From Vicugna vicugna (taxonomy: Eukaryota), in the NCBI GenBank assembly GCA_013265495.1, contig MU058584.1, forward strand, positions 1,214,616 through 1,278,615: a stretch of 64,000 bases of DNA, given 5' to 3'. The translations under genes were made by a program, and so were the position numbers. This document shows positions 38,664 through 64,000 of this stretch, in pieces (position 1 is the stretch's first letter; every line of letters begins with the position of its first letter). The notes beneath the pieces are model-generated. The model searched no databases. It was not told where the DNA came from and was given only the letters and a program-made list of their open reading frames with translations.

Positions 38664-40279
38664 GTGAGCGCTGACAGACCCTGGCGGACGGAAGGAGGGA
38701 GACCGAGTGCGCCTTCTCGCTCCGCAGGGCCGGCCGGGGCCCGGACGCCGGGCCCAGCAGGGTTTTCTTTGTGCGCATCGCCGGGGAGGAGACTGGGGAA
38801 GCGAGCCCCTGGGAGGTGAGGGCGAGCTCAGAGGTTCTTTTCATTGGATTTTAGTCCCCAAAGCAACCTGAGCTCAGTTCCTACAAAACTAATGGGTGTT
38901 GTCCGGTACAGCGTAGATTGTGGGAGAAGAAATTTCAGCTGAAGCTGGCCAGTTAAAATTTACATTTATATGTACTGTAACTCACTTATTTGGTAGATAG
39001 TGGGGTTGCAGATGCTGGTCGGCTTTCTACAAATCTTCGTTGCTCAGACATAGCTTAACCAAAGCCAAAGCCAAGAATCAAAAGGCAAAAATGTCATACT
39101 AAGTCCAAAAGTCAGAGGAAGAGAGCGATGTATGTGTGGCGCTATGCGTGCGTGGCACGATCATTTCCCCTGAACGAATTCAGGAAACTTTTTACTAAAG
39201 TTTTTGAAATTGGGCGTCTTTTCGATTTGTTTTTGTTTAACCTCTGCTTCCTAGGATTTTGATTTCCACTGTTTAGTTTATTGTAGCAAAACGAAGTGCC
39301 TACAGTTTAACAAGTGTTTTTTCGATACCTACTGTGTGCAGGATCCTGGTGGTGCAAATAAATGAGAAACCGAAGTGGTAATTAGCAGTAAATGGCTGTT
39401 ACTTGGTAGGCAGTCTGAGGGTCACTTTACATATATTAGTTCATTTATATACTCTATCCCGCCAAGGAGCTCGGACTGTGTATTGGAAGGCCTCTCTCCC
39501 CCTCCTTCCCACATCTCCCCCTCTGTCCTTTACCCTCCGTCTCCTCTCAGTTCCACTCTCCCTTCCTCTCCACACACACGTGAATGAATTGGAACTGAGA
39601 TTGTACTGTCAAAGAAAGAGAAACTGGATATGGGAGATGATTCCAAAAGGGAAATTTGGGAAACGTCTTGGAGGAGACTAACTTGGAGCAGAAAATTTAT
39701 TAAGTTATTAAACTGTGGAAGGTTTTAGAAACCGAGCAGAAAAAACTTGAATTTGATGTGACGGGAAGAGCAAGTAATTAAAGTATTTTGTATTTGGTGT
39801 TTTATACGGATTAATTTGATAGCAGAGCGTGCAAGATTTTAAGAAGAGAGGGATGTGCAATAATAACTTATGAAGATATTTTATGTGTCTTTATCATGAT
39901 AGAGGTATCTGATCCAGATATAGCTTGTTTTGGAAATTTGACTTTTTCTGCAGCCTTTCTTTGGGCAAGTCTTTTTATCAAAGACTTTCAAATCTTTGAC
40001 TTAGGTGAAAATATAGAATGCATATTTATGTTGCAAAGAACATATATAAGGTGTCAGAATCTGGATTCAAAAAGATTCTGGCTGTAGAATGAGAACTTAG
40101 AATTACAGAATTCAATAATAGGAAATGCAAATCCTTGCTAAAGGTTCATATCATCAATTATGAAAGAAGAACATGGAGAAGTCCTGGCTTGATATCATAT
40201 CACTGGGCTACGCTGAAGAAGTTCTGGGAGTTTCAGTCAATCACATATGTATATTTGTCAGTGTTACCGTAGCACGGGA

Positions 40280-40720
40280 TCGACAATGACCATTGCCAAC
40301 TGTATTAATATTCTGCCCTAGGTAGACCCTGTCTGGAGTGTTGTGTTCAATTTGAGCATTACATTTTAAGAATACATTGACAAAAAAGTTTTAGAAGAAA
40401 GTGGGTGGAATTGGGGGTAGAGTATAACAAGGTCATATGAAGAGTGGCTATTAAATTGTACACACCTTAGACAAGAGAGGGCTAAATAAATGTGATGGCT
40501 TTTTCACGTTTTTGAAAGTGGAGTCATGCAAACAGGGATTAATATATTCTATGTAGTTGCCATGACTAGAAAAAGGTCGAGCAGGTAAGGGTTACAATAA
40601 ATAGATTTCTACACAGTATGAGGAAGAGCTAACTGATTATTAGAGCCATACGAAGGTAGAAAAAAGTGTCGCCTTGATACTTAGTGAATTCTGGGATTTT
40701 TGTAAGTGTTCAAGCAGAAC
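40280..40720 (+). mobile_element. Ancient L3/CR1 LINE relic
   Basis: CTGGAGTGTTGTGTTCAATTTGAGCATTACATTTTAAGAATACATTGACAAA resembles the L3 3' region. Confidence 0.55.
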
Positions 40721-41121
40721 TGGGAAGTTACTTGTTAATCATTTAGAATGGCTTCCAACATTTGTCAGAGTTTAGGCAAGTAGCTGAAGTTGCTTTTTAA
40801 TCCTAACATATTAGGAGCCTAAAGAAATAGATCTCCAGAATTGTGGGTCATTTTGGTTTGTTTGCAAAATTGAATAAATTCACATTGGATTCCTGGGATC
40901 CCACTACTTCCCTAGAGAGTAGGGGACCCGTAGGTGATAAACCAAGTGTTGTTAGCTGAGTGGCTTCTACTGCTGCTGCTTCTACTGTTACTACTGCTAT
41001 TCTGCTGGGCACAGCTAAAGATAGGAAGAAAACGAAAGTGCCTTAACTCACCGGGAGCTCACAATGTAGTGCCAGAGTTCTGTAAACATTATCACAATGC
41101 ACTGTGGCAAGTGCTAGTCTA

Positions 41122-41312
41122 GGGTGGGATTTCCTAACCTCAGCATTATTGACATTTTGAACTGAATAATTCTTTGGTGTTGGGTGTCCGGCGTACCGGC
41201 GTATGCATTGCAGGATGTTTAGCAGCATGTTGGGTCTGCTACCCACTGGGTTCCAGTAGCATCCGCCTCCAGTATGACAACCCAAGGGGTCTCCAATGTG
41301 AGAACTGCTGCT
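41122..41312. mobile_element. MER20 hAT element with an internal deletion
   Basis: AACCTCAGCATTATTGACATTTTG...ATAATTCTTTG...GCATTGCAGGATGTTTAGCAGCAT...CCAGTAGCA is characteristic MER20 text. Confidence 0.85.
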
Positions 41313-41496
41313 CCAGGGGAACGCAGGTGGGACTGTCTCACTGTCTGAGGATGTTAGGGGAAGTGGTTTCTTGTTTTATTTATTTATAACCCAAGGGGTC
41401 TCCAATGTGAGAACTGCTGCTCCAGGGGAACGCAGGTGGGACTGTCTCACTGTCTGAGGATGTTAGGGGAAGTGGTTTCTTGTTTTATTTATTTAT
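41279..41496 (+). repeat. Exact 109-bp tandem duplication in NUF2 intron 1
   Basis: 41279-41387 and 41388-41496 are identical base for base. Confidence 0.97.
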
Positions 41497-42079
41497 TTTT
41501 TAAGTTCTCTCTCTGGTGATTGGAATTCCTGCCAATTACAACTATTCTATTCTTACTCTTATTTTTTTTCTGTTCCTACTTACATCTGAAACCTTACTCA
41601 TCATCTCACTGTGTGTACATTGAGTAGAATGTCAGAGTACAGTTTTATTATTTGCCCTATATTGCTATTGTTTGTATATAGATTCTGCTGATAGTGTTGC
41701 CTATATATCTTGCTTTGAGGATTAATTCTCAGGATAGATCTTATTATTAAACTCTGTGTCTCCCAAATTTAAAAAAGAGAAGCATGGTTCATTTCTGTTC
41801 AACCTAAGTCCTCTCCCATGTTAAGGAAAACAGCATTAGGAAAATGCAAAGATGATTGTGTTGCTTTCGACTAAACGTTATTTCAGGAAATATGTGTGTG
41901 TATTTGTTTTTAATGTTACCTTACTAGGATATTTGATTATTTGATGATAGTTAACTTTACTATGAATATAATTCAACCTTGGCTTGTTAATTTTGTCCTT
42001 AAATTTGTCAGCTTCCAGATAATGAGAACTGCTGGTTGTGCCATGTTTCTGATCTTTGTTTTTAATTCCTTCAGACTAG

Positions 42080-61701
<19,622 letters not shown>

Positions 61702-64000
61702 TAAGAACTTAATTTCAGATAATCTCATGAGTTTAAAATGTAAATTATATCGCCCTCGTTTTGAAGATTTTTGTCAGTTCTCTGCGGAGTAGAAATTGGC
61801 CCCTTGGGTCTGTTGCTTTTATTTCCATTTGTAGCGTCTTTTCCATTACCCTGAAATAGTTTGCATGTATGTCTCCTTCATACCTTTTTTTCTTTCTTGC
61901 CTTTTTTCCCTGTTAGCACCTAGAATTGTGCTTTGCAATAAGAGTAAGTGCTCCATAAAAGTTCTGAACTTTTAGTTACTTTAGGATGGTGATTTTAAGT
62001 AATATCTTCTAAAAAATTTCTGCACCTTTTTTTCCTGGTAAAGCGATCTCAAAAGTATTTACTGTAACATCAGTGTTAAGTGTATTTGCTTTGTTACCTG
62101 AAATAAAATAGCTTAGATCTATCTCTGTATTTTGAGACTTTAATGATAACTTTATCATAATTACCTAAAGTTACTTTGCTTGTTTCAAGTGTATTTATAT
62201 TGTCTCATATTGTCTGAAGTTTAATGAGGACAGGCATCTTGTCTTCTACATTTTTATCTTCCAAAATGTCCAGTGCGAACATAAAATGTTTACCTGTTTT
62301 CTTTTTTTTTTTGACTGCCAGTGACCCAAAGAAATAGTCTATTCCTGGTACTTTTATTACATCTCATTCTTTTTTTTAACTTTTTAAGTTTGTCCAATAT
62401 CCTTAAGATTGTCCCAAGCTGCTCTACCTGAAGTCACTAAAAACAACCCTTTATCATGTAAAATCCTTTGGCCTCTTTTTTTTCCCCTCATTCTTCTTCA
62501 CCTTGCCTACATTGATATCTTAGTCAAGGTTTCCTAGACCTCTGATATCTGAAAAATATTTAAACACTGCTGTTACTACCTTCTACCATCCACACCTAAT
62601 TTGCAAGGATTCCTGATACTAAAAGAACCACAGTAGGCAACCCCTGTACCTGTTCTCAGGAACTGTTATCTCCTGAAAGATTAGGTTGTTAGCACGCGTA
62701 TGTGTAAGTGTGTGCATGCATACCGAAGACTGTCTCAAGGCTACTTTAAAAGGTAGGACAGAAGGAAGGAATGGAAGAAAGAAAAATGAAAAGAAAATTA
62801 TCGGGTTTCCCTCCCATGGTCTGCCCAGTATACTGTCCTGATTTTTGCTATTCCTTCTTTTCTTTCTACATTCCAACTACTTTTCTTTTTTCTGCCCTTT
62901 CACTGTATATAGACTCAGCCCTTGGCCCTCAGTTTCTCTCTAGAGTGGGGGTTAGAAAGACCTTAGGAGATATTTAATCCTACTTCTTAACCAAATCAAA
63001 TGGACAAACATTTGTTATCACATGGTCAGATACAGTTAATGAACCCATAAGGTTCCCATGCCTGCTTGAAATTCCTTTTAGTTTTGTGCATATGTGTCTC
63101 ACCAGTAACATTTTAAATTTCTCAACTACAGCAGTCATGTACTTTTTACCTTAGTATATCATGTCAAACCAGGCCTGGAATGGGGCCTTATCTGTAGTAC
63201 ACTTTCTGTAAATATCTGTAAAGTTGGGAAGCCATGTAGCATTTGCGTTTCTTCAAGCGAGCTGTGTGTTAGACTTCAACAGGGAATTTGAAAGTGAAGA
63301 ACCCCCCACCCAAATGTATTGAGTTAGAATCCCCAGCAGTGGGGCCAGTGAGCCTCAGTGTCTCACGCGGCTGTTGAGAACCACCGATGTGTTCTGCTCC
63401 GTTGTCTTTAGTGTTACAGAGCTCATCACTGCTCAAGCTGACCTCCTGGGGCAGCATTAGTTACTAAAATGTCACTTCTTATACTGAGTTTAAAACTGTC
63501 CACTGCTGTGCTCTAGTGAGCCAGGGTCTTCTCTCTGGGACAAATCCGTGTCCTCTTCTACCTAAGAACACTTCTGCTTAAGACATTTGAGGATGAAGAT
63601 CATAGATTCTTCCAATCTTCTCATTCAGGTTAATTGGCCCTCGTTTTCCAGCCATTCTTTGTAATATCACTTTTATTAATACACTTTCCTGTTTAAAACA
63701 GGAGCTCCCTGTTTTCCTGCAGTTATTAATTTTATTACTTCATTTGGCCAGTCATTCAACAAATGGTCTGTGCACCTACTAGGTGCCAACCGTTGTGTCT
63801 GACTCAGGGAGTACGTGTGAACAAGGAAGTCCTGATCCCTGCCTTCTAGGATCTGTACAGTTTTGTGTCTGAGGTTGAATGGAAGGTGTATTCTCCACAT
63901 AACTTTCTCTGGCTCCTTTCAGGTCTCCTTGGTTTCTCTCCTTCTCAAATACTATCGCATTGTAGTCTGTTCTGATTGGTGCTGTCCAGTGGGGTAGCTT

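Larger units (their letters stand above)
38270..38830. promoter_or_regulatory. CpG-island promoter of NUF2, probably bidirectional
   Basis: The only strongly GC- and CpG-dense stretch in the window; GC boxes GGGCGGGG (38522-38529) and GGGGCGGG (38536-38543); ETS motif CAGGAAGT (38514-38521); no TATA box seen. Confidence 0.9.

Noticed and set aside
38476..38844. 122-aa minus-strand ORF over the promoter
   Set aside because: Pro/Ala/Ser/Arg-rich translation expected from a stop-poor CpG island; no homology recognised
40934..41122. ORF with a poly-Leu run resembling a signal peptide
   Set aside because: Produced by a degenerate (CTG/CTA)n repeat in intron 1; non-ATG start and no splice support
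25019..41496. Direct repeats considered as a CRISPR-like array
   Set aside because: Each is a two-copy head-to-tail duplication with no spacers, in a mammalian genome

Overview
Mammalian genomic DNA, most likely camelid (alpaca/camel): it carries tRNA-derived Vic-1-type SINEs, and I saw no Alu, Bov-tA or PRE-1 elements. The right 40% holds NUF2 (CDCA1, an NDC80 kinetochore complex subunit) on the + strand: a CpG-island promoter (~38.3-38.8 kb) with a CDE/CHR cell-cycle element, a non-coding exon 1, and coding exons 2-13 (42095-61686). These splice through GT-AG introns into an open 1260-nt, 420-codon frame; the last exon lies beyond the window. The left ~38 kb has no credible protein-coding ORF; by human synteny it is the interval toward RGS5 and is filled with L1, L2, MIR, LTR and DNA-transposon relics. 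The best leads are (1) a candidate divergent, spliced minus-strand transcript from the NUF2 promoter, (2) an orphan poly(A)-tailed retrocopy with a 17-bp TSD, (3) an LTR cluster at 22-29 kb with a nested composite LTR, an internal duplication and a palindromic CTCF-type site, and (4) an exact 109-bp tandem duplication in NUF2 intron 1. I cannot support a new biological system from this sequence. Repeat family names come from recalled consensus sequences and need RepeatMasker/Dfam confirmation.
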